DNA of 64,000 nucleotides, from NCBI GenBank assembly GCA_965208675.1, contig OZ242351.1, positions 1,120,001 through 1,184,000 on the forward strand, written 5' to 3'. Position numbers and translations under genes: made by a program. The notes under the pieces are model-generated. The model saw nothing but the letters and a program-made list of their open reading frames with translations. It had not been told where the DNA came from and made no database searches. Source of the stretch: Candidatus Poribacteria bacterium (GTDB taxonomy: Bacteria > Poribacteria > WGA-4E > PCPOR2b). Below, piece by piece: positions 46,680 to 56,843 of the stretch. How positions within the stretch are numbered: position 1 is the stretch's first letter; each line of letters begins with the position of its first letter.

Positions 46680-47783
46680 TCACCGAAGCTTAAGCGTGCT
46701 TAATGCCATTAGCATCAGTATGAATGCAATTATCCAAAATCGAATGACGATTTTCGATTCCTTCCAACCGATTTGTTCAAAATGGTGGTGCAAAGGAGAC
46801 ATCTTGAACACGCGTTTCTTCCGTGTTCGATACGACCAGACTTGGATTATAACGGAGAGTACTTCTGCAACAAAGATACCGCCGACAAGTATAAGCAGAA
46901 TTTCGGCCTTTGCTAGAATGGCGACCGTTCCCAACGCGGCGCCGAGTGCCAATGAGCCTGTATCTCCCATAATAACCTGAGCTGGATGGCAATTGTACCA
47001 CAAGAACCCCAAGCCAGCCCCGATGAGCGCGGCGCAGAAGATAGCAACTGCCTCACCGCTTGCTGGCAGGTGTGCAATGTCCAAATAACCCGCCATCTGT
47101 TGGTGAGTCGTCAAATAACCCAAGGCGCCGAACGTTGCCGCGACAAACAGTGTACAACCGATCGCCAGTCCATCAAGCCCATCTGTCAAGTTAACGGCGT
47201 TGGAAGTTCCCACAATTACGATTGTGGCGAATGGAATAAACAAGAATCCTAGGTTGGGACGAAGCTGTTTGAAAAATGGGATGATAATTGATGTTTTGGT
47301 TGTCAAATCGTCCTTTGGGGCGGGCCCCCAATGGTAAAGAAAATAAGCGATAGCTAAAGCGCCAATCGTTTGAAGGAAAATTTTATGCCAGCCCCGCAAA
47401 CCAAGCGATTGTTGTTTCGTGATTTTCAGATAATCATCAAGAAAACCGATGCCGCCAAACCATAGTAAACTTAAAGCTAGCAGAAAGATATAAGGTTGAT
47501 CCAACCGCGCCCACAGAAGAGTTGAAATTAACACGGACGAGATAATTAACACACCGCCCATTGTCGGCGTACCAGCCTTAATTACGTGGCTTCGGGGGCC
47601 ATCCTCCTGGATGTACTGGCCAATCTTCAATTGGCGAAGATGTCGAATGACGAGCGGTCCAAAGACCAGAGCAATCAACAACGCCGTTACCGTCGCATAG
47701 ATTGCCCGAAAGCTAATATACCGGAAAACGTTAAACGGCGAAAAAACGTCTGTTAATAGTTCAAAAAATAGGTAGTAAAACAT
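46680..47783 (-). CDS. mraY: Phospho-N-acetylmuramoyl-pentapeptide transferase
   Basis: KAGTPTMGG, GFLDDY, NAVNLTDGLDGL, MGDTGS, PLHHHFE. Confidence 0.97.
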   Translation of the reverse strand: MFYYLFFELLTDVFSPFNVFRYISFRAIYATVTALLIALVFGPLVIRHLRQLKIGQYIQEDGPRSHVIKAGTPTMGGVLIISSVLISTLLWARLDQPYIFLLALSLLWFGGIGFLDDYLKITKQQSLGLRGWHKIFLQTIGALAIAYFLYHWGPAPKDDLTTKTSIIIPFFKQLRPNLGFLFIPFATIVIVGTSNAVNLTDGLDGLAIGCTLFVAATFGALGYLTTHQQMAGYLDIAHLPASGEAVAIFCAALIGAGLGFLWYNCHPAQVIMGDTGSLALGAALGTVAILAKAEILLILVGGIFVAEVLSVIIQVWSYRTRKKRVFKMSPLHHHFEQIGWKESKIVIRFWIIAFILMLMALSTLKLR

Positions 47784-47832
47784 CGTAAAAAAATTGGGAG
47801 ATTGAGATTTGATGGTACGTTTAATCGGACGC

Positions 47833-49116
47833 CTAATTTTTCACGCCAGCGCCCGATTTAGTTTTGCCTGATTTGAGATTCAGCCGACTCAGAAGATTAG
47901 CACCGTAAGAATACGCAACGCTGTTTTTCTCTGCATTCACTTCAAGAGCAAGTTCAATCAGGTTGTCAACTAACAGCGGGAAATCGACATTTTCGCGTTC
48001 CCACAAGTAAAAACTAAATGAGCCGGGAATAGTATTGATTTCATTTACAAAGGGTATCTCGCCCTTTCCAACCAGGAAGTCAACCCGAGCGATGCCCTTG
48101 CAGTCGAGAACTTCGAAGGTGCGCTTGGCCAAATCTTGGATTTTGGAAGTTAGCTCGGGCGAAATTGGCGCAGGGATCGTTCTGTCAGCACCCGCCATGC
48201 CAGATATTTTACTTTCATCGTGAACGTACTTATCGTCAAAACTCAGGAATTCACCGGAAGACACCGGTTGTTCACATACGGACGCAGTTAAATCGTAGTT
48301 ACCCATTACCGAGCAATTAATTTCGATTGCGTCCGCTAATCCCTCTTCTACAATTACACGCATGTCGTATTGGCACGCGAGATCAAGAGCCGACTTAAGA
48401 TCGCCCTGATTTTGAACTTGGCTAACTCCGATACTGGAACCGGAGTTTGCAGGTTTAACGAAAACAGGATAATTCAGGTTATGTTCAACCTTCTTTGCGG
48501 CGCTTTCCGGATTAGCTTCCAACATTTTCTTTGTGAACCACAAGTACGGTACAACAGGGAGGTTTTCCTCGCTAAGGACGGCCTTCATTGCGATTTTGTC
48601 CATTCCCACTGCCGATCCAAGAACCCCTGCCCCAACGTAGGGTATATTCATGAGTTCCAGTAATCCCGGCAGCGTTCCATCCTCACCGTGTGCCCCATGG
48701 ATTACCGGAAAAACGACATCTATCGGCAGGTTCTTATTTCTGTGAAATCGCCCAAATCCACGTTTGCACACCCGAAATTGCGGTTTTTGCCCGAACTCAA
48801 TGATTACTTTGTCGGAGTTGGCGTCATTCGGAAGGCTCCCGCGCGTAAAAGTGTCCAATTCAAGAAAATTATTGCTGGTTAACCACTCACCGGTTTTCGT
48901 AATGTAGATGGGTGTCACCCGGTATCTTCCATTTAGAGCAGCAAGAACCTGATGAGCCGTTATGATGGACACTTCGTGCTCCGGCGAACGGCCGCCGAAA
49001 ATTATGGCGACATTTTTTTTCCGCATGCCCTTAATGAATTCCTTTCTTGGCTCGAAATGCTGCGCCTTGGCTTTGGCGGCGTTGACACTTTGGCGTTGTC
49101 GTGAATTTACGCTCAA
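47833..49116 (-). CDS. ddl: D-alanine--D-alanine ligase
   Basis: FGGRSPEHEVS, HGAHGEDG, KPANSGSSIG, DKY, EINTIPGS; start uncertain. Confidence 0.93.
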   Translation of the reverse strand: MSVNSRQRQSVNAAKAKAQHFEPRKEFIKGMRKKNVAIIFGGRSPEHEVSIITAHQVLAALNGRYRVTPIYITKTGEWLTSNNFLELDTFTRGSLPNDANSDKVIIEFGQKPQFRVCKRGFGRFHRNKNLPIDVVFPVIHGAHGEDGTLPGLLELMNIPYVGAGVLGSAVGMDKIAMKAVLSEENLPVVPYLWFTKKMLEANPESAAKKVEHNLNYPVFVKPANSGSSIGVSQVQNQGDLKSALDLACQYDMRVIVEEGLADAIEINCSVMGNYDLTASVCEQPVSSGEFLSFDDKYVHDESKISGMAGADRTIPAPISPELTSKIQDLAKRTFEVLDCKGIARVDFLVGKGEIPFVNEINTIPGSFSFYLWERENVDFPLLVDNLIELALEVNAEKNSVAYSYGANLLSRLNLKSGKTKSGAGVKN

Positions 49117-49167
49117 CTATCACAAAACCCGGTCCACTGATGATGTGTTCAGTGTTACCTAAATTGT

Positions 49168-50841
49168 TCAAACTCCCTCGCTGTAGCTGTCTGGAAGGTC
49201 ATTTTCAAATAATACTACATCGCCGGATTTTAAGATTTTCCTCAAGGATTCCGACGCCCGCGGCAGGCTTTCAACTTGCAAAACCTTCTCTTTAGGATAC
49301 CCAGCAGTTTCTAACCCTTCCAAGATCGGCTTGGTTTGCGTGGGGCCCACCAAGATAACGAAATCACATACGTTGGCGGCTTTAACGCCGAAAGCTCTGT
49401 TTTCATCGAATTCCATGTTACCTAGCTCTACCATGCCCGGTGTAACGAGGATTTTTCTGCCGTCACTAAACCCTTCCAAAACCTCGAGCGCCGCTTTAGC
49501 CCCCACCGGATTAGCATTGAACCCATCGTCAATAACGGTTACGCCGCCAGCGCCCTCAATTAACTGCAATCTGTGCGGAATGGGTTCGAGGGTGCTTATC
49601 GCTTGGCTAACTTCATCCAACGTCAACCCGCATTCTAAAGCAACCGTAGCGGCAGCCAAAATATTATAAACGTTATTTCGCCCAAGCAGCTTGGTTACTA
49701 CCTTACACGTTTCGCCCGAAGGTTTTTCGATAATGAAGGAAAGTCCGCTTCGAGTATTTTCAATTTCACGCGCCGTCAATCCGACCTTTTCATCTAGTCT
49801 ATCCACTGCATACCTGGCGACTTTGATGGTGGTTTTATCCGCAAGTTCCGAACAGATTTCATTATCATCATTGAAAACCGCAGTTCCATCTTCAGGCAAT
49901 GACTCAATCAGCTCATATTTTGTGTGTGCAATGTTTTCTATGTTTTTGAACCGTTCCAAATGCTGCGCGCCAACTGCGGTAAGTATTCCGATTTCAGGGT
50001 GTACTAACCGGCACAATTCCGCAATATCACCCCTTTTATACGCTCCCATTTCTACAATAAATACCTCGTGATCCGCTTCAAGTTGACCCCTTATCACTTT
50101 ACAAATCCCCATAGGAGTGTTGTAACTGTCCGGCGTCATTAAAACGTTGAATTTTTGCGAGAGCATCGAGTTTAGAATGTACTTTGTGCTTGTTTTGCCA
50201 TAACTGCCCGTGATTCCGATGACCGTCGGTTGGAGATTTTTCATCTTTTTGCGGGCGGACCGAAGGTAACTACGGTTAATAGTTCGCTCTAAGGGATGGA
50301 TAAGGAGATTGGCTGCGGTCAGATTGATAGCGGCGAGCTGATTCAAAAAAAATGTGAATATGAGTAATATCGTAAATTCCGGGTAAAGTTGAGGTGACGA
50401 TAGCCGCCAGAGGAATAATCCTCCGCTTAACCACAAAAATGACATGGCTGCGGCGGCGAGAAGTATAATAGCTAGTCCAAAGACCCGTCTCGCTCTCGCT
50501 GTGTAAACCAGAGGCTTCTTCGCTTTGAATCTATTCTCCTTTACAGTAAAGTATGCTTCGCTTGCAATCCAACACAAGATTAAAAAAGGCAAAAATGACG
50601 TCTTTATGCCGAAGGGAATGAGGATTAGCGTTAGAAAGATAAGACAGCCAATAACTACAGTCTCTCGGACATCAATCAACCGTTTCGGGTGTTTTCCTAA
50701 CCAACCCAAAAACCGTCCGCTTTTATATCCTTCTAATTGGAGTATATGGAGCGCACGCACCGTTCGAACGACGACCCTCGCCAGCCAAACTATTATTGCC
50801 GGAATTACAAGCAGTGCAGAATAGTTGATAAAATCAGACAT
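49168..50841 (-). CDS. murF: MurF-type Mur ligase with N-terminal transmembrane extension
   Basis: GITGSYGKTSTK, SYNTPMG, VEMGA, HRLQ, IDDGFNANP, TPGMVELG, ENDLPD.Y; about 200-aa hydrophobic N-terminus (LQLEGY). Confidence 0.88.
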   Translation of the reverse strand: MSDFINYSALLVIPAIIVWLARVVVRTVRALHILQLEGYKSGRFLGWLGKHPKRLIDVRETVVIGCLIFLTLILIPFGIKTSFLPFLILCWIASEAYFTVKENRFKAKKPLVYTARARRVFGLAIILLAAAAMSFLWLSGGLFLWRLSSPQLYPEFTILLIFTFFLNQLAAINLTAANLLIHPLERTINRSYLRSARKKMKNLQPTVIGITGSYGKTSTKYILNSMLSQKFNVLMTPDSYNTPMGICKVIRGQLEADHEVFIVEMGAYKRGDIAELCRLVHPEIGILTAVGAQHLERFKNIENIAHTKYELIESLPEDGTAVFNDDNEICSELADKTTIKVARYAVDRLDEKVGLTAREIENTRSGLSFIIEKPSGETCKVVTKLLGRNNVYNILAAATVALECGLTLDEVSQAISTLEPIPHRLQLIEGAGGVTVIDDGFNANPVGAKAALEVLEGFSDGRKILVTPGMVELGNMEFDENRAFGVKAANVCDFVILVGPTQTKPILEGLETAGYPKEKVLQVESLPRASESLRKILKSGDVVLFENDLPDSYSEGV

Positions 50842-50843
50842 GG

Positions 50844-51602
50844 CTATTTTCCCAAGAATCTTGAAACAATTCGGCAAAACTGCGGGAAATTATCTAGATA
50901 AGAAAAATGCCCCGCATTTTGCAGAATGACCAACCCTGCATCTTCTATTTCATTTTCCATTATTTTCGCATGTGAAATTGGCGTCGCCGTGTCTTTTTCT
51001 CCCCAGACAAGCAAAGTCGATGCTCTGATTTTGGGCAATAGCTGCTTTAAATCTTCATTGACGACTTTCACAAATGTCCCGCGCATTTCACCTGCATCTT
51101 GATAGTCCTTCGAGCCGACCAATCTAGAAATAGCGTTCCTGGCTCTTTCTCCGAAAGTTCCGAATAGCCGCGCTGAAAACAGCAATTTCCCCATCTTGGC
51201 AAGGGACACACGAACATGGTATTTGACCGTACGCCGCGGTTTTAATCCGGCGCTATCAACTAGGACTAGCTTATCCACCTTTTCTGGTTGCTTGGCGGCT
51301 AACACAATAGCAATCCGTCCACCGAAGGAATGTGCGATTATGTTCGCTTTAACGATTTGCAGCTTTTCGAAAAAACCTAAAATTAATCTCGCGTAGTCAT
51401 CAGCGCCCCACGGACAAGGCGGCAAATCGCTGTCGCCAAATCCGGGCAGATCCAACGCATACGTTTTATAGCCGTTGATGAGATAATCAAAGACAGGTTT
51501 GAAGCTTTCTGATTGGCCGCCCCATCCATGAAGCAGAACGACGGTTTCGCCCGTCCCTCCAACTTCGTAAAAAACTTTAAGCCCGTCAATCTTAACATTC
51601 AT
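50844..51602 (-). CDS. Alpha/beta hydrolase
   Basis: LLHGWG, DLPGFG, AHSFGG nucleophile elbow, WGEKD, AGHFSY. Confidence 0.9.
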   Translation of the reverse strand: MNVKIDGLKVFYEVGGTGETVVLLHGWGGQSESFKPVFDYLINGYKTYALDLPGFGDSDLPPCPWGADDYARLILGFFEKLQIVKANIIAHSFGGRIAIVLAAKQPEKVDKLVLVDSAGLKPRRTVKYHVRVSLAKMGKLLFSARLFGTFGERARNAISRLVGSKDYQDAGEMRGTFVKVVNEDLKQLLPKIRASTLLVWGEKDTATPISHAKIMENEIEDAGLVILQNAGHFSYLDNFPQFCRIVSRFLGK

Positions 51603-51812
51603 CTTTACATTTAATTGTAACGTACTAATCTTGCAACGGGTTGCCGTAAATTTTAAGAATTTCTGCCCATCTTTCTGCCTTTATTGGATTACCCTAGTTC
51701 GGCAGCACCATCATCTTGCCAGTGGATAGGTATTCCAGCAGTGCGCGCACCAATCAGTTTAGTGAGATTTAACAGCTTCAACCCGCAAAGCCGGCAGATT
51801 CGGGCAGGTTTT

Positions 51813-53297
51813 TCATTTGCTCAACTTCAACAGTTCAAGAGACGCCGATGCAATTTCACGATCATCGAAATGGAAACGCTGCCCATTTATTTCTTGATAA
51901 GACTCATGTCCTTTTCCCGCAATTGCCACAAGATCGCCGGGCTCGGCAATCATTATCGCATGCTCAATCGCCGCTTTCCGATTCACAATCTCAATATAGT
52001 TTGCGCCATCTGGCAATCCGTTTACGATATCGGAGATAATCCGATCGGGGTCTTCGGTACGCGGGTTGTCGGAGGTGATTACGCTGAAATCAGCAATTGT
52101 CGTAGAAATCTTCCCCATCTTTGGACGTTTACCTGAATCTCGGTCTCCGCCGCAGCCGAACACGCAGATTAACCGCCCTTTCGCAATCTTTCGTGCGGAC
52201 GCCAGAAGATTTTCGAGACCGTCCGGGGTATGTGCATAATCTACAACCACGGCGAAATCCTGCCCATTATCAACCCGCTCAAATCTCCCCGGCACTACGG
52301 TCGATTCTAGTCCTTCTTTGATTGTCTGAAGAGAAAATCCGTGATGCAAGCCTACGCCAATTGCGGCAAGTGCGTTGTAAAGATTGTAATCACCTAACAA
52401 GTGCAACTTCACGCGAACGTTGCCCGATGGCGTCACGGCGGTAAAAAGGAGACCGTTAAGCGTAGATTTTACATCACGAGCGGTAAGATGGGCTTGGCGT
52501 TGGAGCCCGTAAGTCAAGACATTGTCGTGACCTACGGTTAAGTTTATTCGCTGTCGAATTGTTTCATAAACTTCGTCATCCGCATTGAGAATCGCCATCC
52601 CATTTTTCGTACGAAGCTGCTGAAATAGCATGAGCTTCGCATTCAGGTAGTTTTCCATCGTCTGGTGGTAGTCCAGATGATCCTGTGTCAAATTTGTGAA
52701 CACAGCCGTTTCAAAAGTGATGCCCGCCAACCGATGCTGCGCTAGTCCTTGGGATGAAGTCTCCATGATGGCATACCCTATATCTGCATTAGCGATTCTG
52801 GCAAATAGCCCATGCAAGGCAAATGGATCAGGGGTTGTAGTCGCCGCTGGAACGGTCACATCGCCGAAACGATGACTAACTGTTCCCATAATTGCGGATT
52901 TGATGCCAGCAGTTTTGAAGATGGAATGCACAAAGAATGCCGTCGAGGTCTTACCGTTTGTTCCAGTAATTCCGATTAGCTTCAGTTTAGCGGCGGGGGT
53001 ATTGTGCCAATTGGCTGAGATTACCGACAGCGCAATTCGTCCGTTCGGTGTTTGAACGTAAGTCACATTTGGCGGAAGGTCTGTCGGGGGTAGTTTTTCA
53101 CCGACTACTACAATTGAACCATTCTGAATTGCCTGCTGAATAAACGTGTGGCTGTCAACATTAACACCTTCGTAACATATGAAGGCGCATCCTGCATATA
53201 CCTCGCGATGATCGCTAACTATGCCATTAACTTCTAGATCGATATCGCCAACTGAAGAGAGTACGTCCACACCGCGGAGTAAATTTTGGAGATTCAC
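51813..53297 (-). CDS. murE: UDP-MurNAc-tripeptide synthetase MurE (meso-DAP type)
   Basis: GITGTNGKTS, TNLTQDHLDYH, VDYAHTPD, FGCGGDRD, DNPR motif. Confidence 0.96.
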   Translation of the reverse strand: MNLQNLLRGVDVLSSVGDIDLEVNGIVSDHREVYAGCAFICYEGVNVDSHTFIQQAIQNGSIVVVGEKLPPTDLPPNVTYVQTPNGRIALSVISANWHNTPAAKLKLIGITGTNGKTSTAFFVHSIFKTAGIKSAIMGTVSHRFGDVTVPAATTTPDPFALHGLFARIANADIGYAIMETSSQGLAQHRLAGITFETAVFTNLTQDHLDYHQTMENYLNAKLMLFQQLRTKNGMAILNADDEVYETIRQRINLTVGHDNVLTYGLQRQAHLTARDVKSTLNGLLFTAVTPSGNVRVKLHLLGDYNLYNALAAIGVGLHHGFSLQTIKEGLESTVVPGRFERVDNGQDFAVVVDYAHTPDGLENLLASARKIAKGRLICVFGCGGDRDSGKRPKMGKISTTIADFSVITSDNPRTEDPDRIISDIVNGLPDGANYIEIVNRKAAIEHAIMIAEPGDLVAIAGKGHESYQEINGQRFHFDDREIASASLELLKLSK

Positions 53298-53353
53298 ATC
53301 ATGGTACCTGCAGATTCAGACAATCTATTCGGTAATTCCCTCTCACCGTTTTC

Positions 53354-55078
53354 TCAATTCGTATCATAGCCGTTAGTGTTTCTTTGGGCGAAAAGATCTT
53401 TCTGGGTAAGGTAACGCATCACGGGATTGGCAATCTCTCGGAAAATTGGTGCAGCCACTCGACTACTCAGCGGCGCACCTGCGGGTTCGTCAACAACTAC
53501 AATAATTGAAATCAGTGGGTCTTCCGCTGGCAGGAAACCTGCAAAACTCGTAATGACTTTGCCATCCACATACCCTCTACCTTTTTCCGCTTTCTGTGCT
53601 GTACCTGTCTTGCCGGCTACGCGGTATCCCCCTACCCGTGCATGAAAGCCGCCGCCGAGTTCTGTGACCTTGACGAGCATATCGGTGATAATCTCCGCTG
53701 TTTCAGGCGATATCACACGGCGCATCTTTGTCAGGTGAAAACGCTTCAACTGACGGCCATCTTTATCAAGAATCTGTTGGGTCACGTAAGGCTGTAGCAG
53801 TATTCCGTCCGTGGCGATTGCGTTCATGGCGTTCAACATTTGCATTGCTGTCCCGGAAATTCCCTGGCCGAAAGGCACCGTAGCCATAGAATAGCCATCC
53901 CATTTGCGAAATCCTCTCAGACTGCCGTCTTGCTCGAAAGGCAAATCAATGCCGGTTTTCTGCCCAAAGCCGAACCGCCGGGTATAATCCTCCAACCGCT
54001 CCTTTCCGAGACTATTCGCAATCTTCAAGATGCCGATATTACTCGATTTCTGAATCACTTCCGTAAGGGTTAGCCAAGCGTTTGGTTTAATATCGTTGAT
54101 GACATGTCCATTCGGCAAACGGTATCTACCCATTTCGCAATACACTTCCGAATCAGCGGTCATAATTCTTTCGTTGATTGCTGCGGCAGCCGTGACAATC
54201 TTAAACACTGAACCCGGTTCATATTGCGCCCAAATCGAGAGATTTCGTTTGGATAACTCTGCACTCCGAGAATACTGATTTGGGTCATAGTTAGGATAGT
54301 TCGCCATCGCCAGAATCTCACCGCTTTTTGAGTGCATCACGATGACCGATCCTGATTTGGCGCGCCACTTCTTACATCCGGCGATCAGTTCTTTTTCTGC
54401 AATGAACTGGATAGCTTCATCTATTGTAAGGACAACGTTGTGCCCGAACGCCGCTGGATCGGGACGAAGATGTAAAATGGGACTAGCGCTGTCGTCCGTA
54501 TCCGAACGCTGAGGTTTCGTCACCAAAATTTTCGGCGTCAAATGAGAATTGTGTTGATGTTCAATACCTTCAATCCCCCTGCTCTGAAAATCCGTAAACC
54601 CCACAATGTGGCACCCCAATTCATCTCTGGGATAACGCCGCATTCCATCAACTTCATAATCCAACCCATAAATATCTTCCGTTATCCCTCGAAGTTCCTT
54701 CAAGAGACTGTAATCCAAATTCCGGGCGAGCACAACATACTCTTTATCCTTTTTCCGAAGATTCGGCAACAATGCGGTCGCTTTGGTCTTTAACAAAGGT
54801 GCAAGTTTGCCAGCGACCTCGTGCGGAGCTTTTTTCATGACCTTGGGATCCGCAACGACTGAAACTAAGTCCTGGTGGATTGCAAACACATTACGGTGCC
54901 GATCTACAATCTTACCGCGCTTAACTTGAGCTTTAGGATCAGTAATCCATAGGTTCACGAGGTGTGCCTCGCGCTGAACATACTGAACCAGAAAAAGTCG
55001 GGCAATTAGTGCAACCATGCAAATTTCTAATACAATGAGCGTCTTTAAAATTCGAGAATAATATGCAGGTCGGATCAT
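53354..55078 (-). CDS. ftsI: Class B penicillin-binding protein (FtsI/PBP3)
   Basis: RGKIVDR, EPGSVFK (SxxK), SSN, KTGTAQ; follows rsmH-ftsL. Confidence 0.92.
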   Translation of the reverse strand: MIRPAYYSRILKTLIVLEICMVALIARLFLVQYVQREAHLVNLWITDPKAQVKRGKIVDRHRNVFAIHQDLVSVVADPKVMKKAPHEVAGKLAPLLKTKATALLPNLRKKDKEYVVLARNLDYSLLKELRGITEDIYGLDYEVDGMRRYPRDELGCHIVGFTDFQSRGIEGIEHQHNSHLTPKILVTKPQRSDTDDSASPILHLRPDPAAFGHNVVLTIDEAIQFIAEKELIAGCKKWRAKSGSVIVMHSKSGEILAMANYPNYDPNQYSRSAELSKRNLSIWAQYEPGSVFKIVTAAAAINERIMTADSEVYCEMGRYRLPNGHVINDIKPNAWLTLTEVIQKSSNIGILKIANSLGKERLEDYTRRFGFGQKTGIDLPFEQDGSLRGFRKWDGYSMATVPFGQGISGTAMQMLNAMNAIATDGILLQPYVTQQILDKDGRQLKRFHLTKMRRVISPETAEIITDMLVKVTELGGGFHARVGGYRVAGKTGTAQKAEKGRGYVDGKVITSFAGFLPAEDPLISIIVVVDEPAGAPLSSRVAAPIFREIANPVMRYLTQKDLFAQRNTNGYDTN

Positions 55079-55099
55079 TTTTCTTTTGATTTACGATCG

Positions 55100-55399
55100 T
55101 TAGTTTTTGTCATCTCGAAGAATCTGGACAGGATTGGAAGATTGTACCATGTTAAGTTTTTTCGCAATTTTATGTATGTTCTTCACCGAAGTCAATTTCG
55201 CTTCCTGCCTTTCAAGCTCGCTGATTTCGTCGAGCAAAAAATTCTTGTGCGGCTCAAGTTCCTCGCGAACCTCTTCAATGGTTTTGTCTTGGTAAGAGGA
55301 AAACCATACCGTCACCAAAAACATGCAAACAAACAAACCCAGGACTAAATACGCAATTGGAGTCAGTTTTTTCGACGTTCTCAATCTTGTACGATTCAT
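55100..55399 (-). CDS. ftsL: Cell division protein FtsL-like
   Basis: Basic N-terminus, single TM, coiled coil, IAKKLNM; lies between rsmH and ftsI. Confidence 0.7.
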   Translation of the reverse strand: MNRTRLRTSKKLTPIAYLVLGLFVCMFLVTVWFSSYQDKTIEEVREELEPHKNFLLDEISELERQEAKLTSVKNIHKIAKKLNMVQSSNPVQILRDDKN

Positions 55400-55601
55400 A
55401 AAGCTATCTTAAGAAGGAGGTTGAGGTCGTTTTCCGCACAATCTCAAAATTGAGTCCAGTGAAGCGCACGTAAGAAAATTACGCCGCGTCCGCCATGACC
55501 TAATCACGGCCGATATGTACCATTACTCACTATAAACCTAGTAAATAATCTGGGCGTGTGAAGCGAGACGGAATCGTTTTTATACCGTTGATTATAAACG
55601 T

Positions 55602-56588
55602 TCAATCGGTGACTTTAGATTCACAGATCTTCATTGCGGCACGCAACTTCGCACTGCGTGAACGGGGGTTTTTCTGAATTTCATCAATAAGTGGAGTTAT
55701 AGGACGCTTCGTCAAGATGTGGAGAGACGCCTTGTGATGGCACATACATATTGGCGATTTAGGTGGGCAAACGCAGTCACACGCAAGACTTCGAAACCGT
55801 TGTTTCACGATTCTGTCCTCAAGAGAATGGAATGAAATGACGCAAATTCGCCCGCCCGGCGTTAATGCCTCCACCGCGCAATCTAAACCCATTTTAAGGC
55901 GCTTTAATTCATCATTGACAAATATTCTGAGCGCCTGAAAGACCCGTGTTGCATTGTGGATTCGCGATCTTCTTGCTTTTGGGGGAATTGCATCTTCAAT
56001 AATCTCTGCAAGTTGAAGTGTCGTTGTGACTGGTTGGGTTCTTCGAGATTGAACTATTCGGTGAGCGACACTTCGCGCATTGCGTTCTTCGCCAAAATTC
56101 CAAAAAATCTCAGCTAGTTTTTCCTCACTGCTGCTGTTTACAACCTCCTTCGCAGAAAGCGGCTGATTTGGGTTCATACGCATATCTAGAGGACCGGAGC
56201 GCGTAAAGCTAAACCCCCGAGCCGGCGAATCAAGTTGCAGAGATGAAACCCCCAGATCCAACAACACCCCATCGACATTATTTAACGAATGTCTTTTGAG
56301 AATCACATCCAGATTCGCGAAGTCTTCATGAATCAGGGCGCATCGATCGTTGAATTCACCGAGTTTTTCCTTGGCAATCGACAATGCTTCTAAATCCAAA
56401 TCTACCCCGAGGAGCCAGCTGTCCGGTCCAGAAGACCGTAATATGGCAGCCGCATGTCCCCCCAGCCCAACGGTGCCATCAATATACCGGCCATTGTTCC
56501 TCGGTTGCAATTGTTCAATGACTTCATTGACTAAAACAGACTCGTGTACCGTCTCAGTTTTCCGCTGTGATTCCTCGACCGACGACAT
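55602..56588 (-). CDS. rsmH: 16S rRNA C1402 methyltransferase RsmH
   Basis: HESVL, DGTVGLGGH, DLGVSSLQLD, LDMRM, FQALRI.VN.EL, SFHSLEDR, NPRSRSAKLR. Confidence 0.97.
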   Translation of the reverse strand: MSSVEESQRKTETVHESVLVNEVIEQLQPRNNGRYIDGTVGLGGHAAAILRSSGPDSWLLGVDLDLEALSIAKEKLGEFNDRCALIHEDFANLDVILKRHSLNNVDGVLLDLGVSSLQLDSPARGFSFTRSGPLDMRMNPNQPLSAKEVVNSSSEEKLAEIFWNFGEERNARSVAHRIVQSRRTQPVTTTLQLAEIIEDAIPPKARRSRIHNATRVFQALRIFVNDELKRLKMGLDCAVEALTPGGRICVISFHSLEDRIVKQRFRSLACDCVCPPKSPICMCHHKASLHILTKRPITPLIDEIQKNPRSRSAKLRAAMKICESKVTD

Positions 56589-56653
56589 GATTAGTGATCC
56601 TCGGCCAGAGTGACCATCTGACCCTCCTTGCGTTCGTCATAAATGCGGAGTCT

Positions 56654-56681
56654 ATTATATCATAGGTGTAGCCAGTGTCAA
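56654..56681 (-). promoter_or_regulatory. Sigma70 promoter for the rsmH/dcw operon
   Basis: TTGACA-N16-TATAAT with TG extension. Confidence 0.65.
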
Positions 56682-56709
56682 GCCAAAACCTCGAGTCTTG
56701 TGATCCGCG

Positions 56710-56738
56710 TTGACACCAATTTGCCGATGTGTTATTCT
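56710..56738 (+). promoter_or_regulatory. Divergent sigma70 promoter for the SDR gene
   Basis: TTGACA-N17-TATTCT with TG extension. Confidence 0.6.
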
Positions 56739-56843
56739 ATCTGAAAAAATGATGGCCAAACCTAACCTCAAGCGGACTATCCGAAGTAAAATTTACGGTG
56801 TCTCAAGCAGTTTGCCTACGAACGCATAAGGAGAAAATGTACC

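Noticed and set aside
46429-46683. 84-aa ORF overlapping the mraY stop
   Set aside because: No recognisable motif or RBS; cannot be supported, and no RNA gene was recognisable in this gap.
47833-49116. Van-type D-Ala-D-Lac ligase
   Set aside because: Retains the omega-loop KY (FDDKY) typical of D-Ala-D-Ala ligases; no vanH/vanX nearby.
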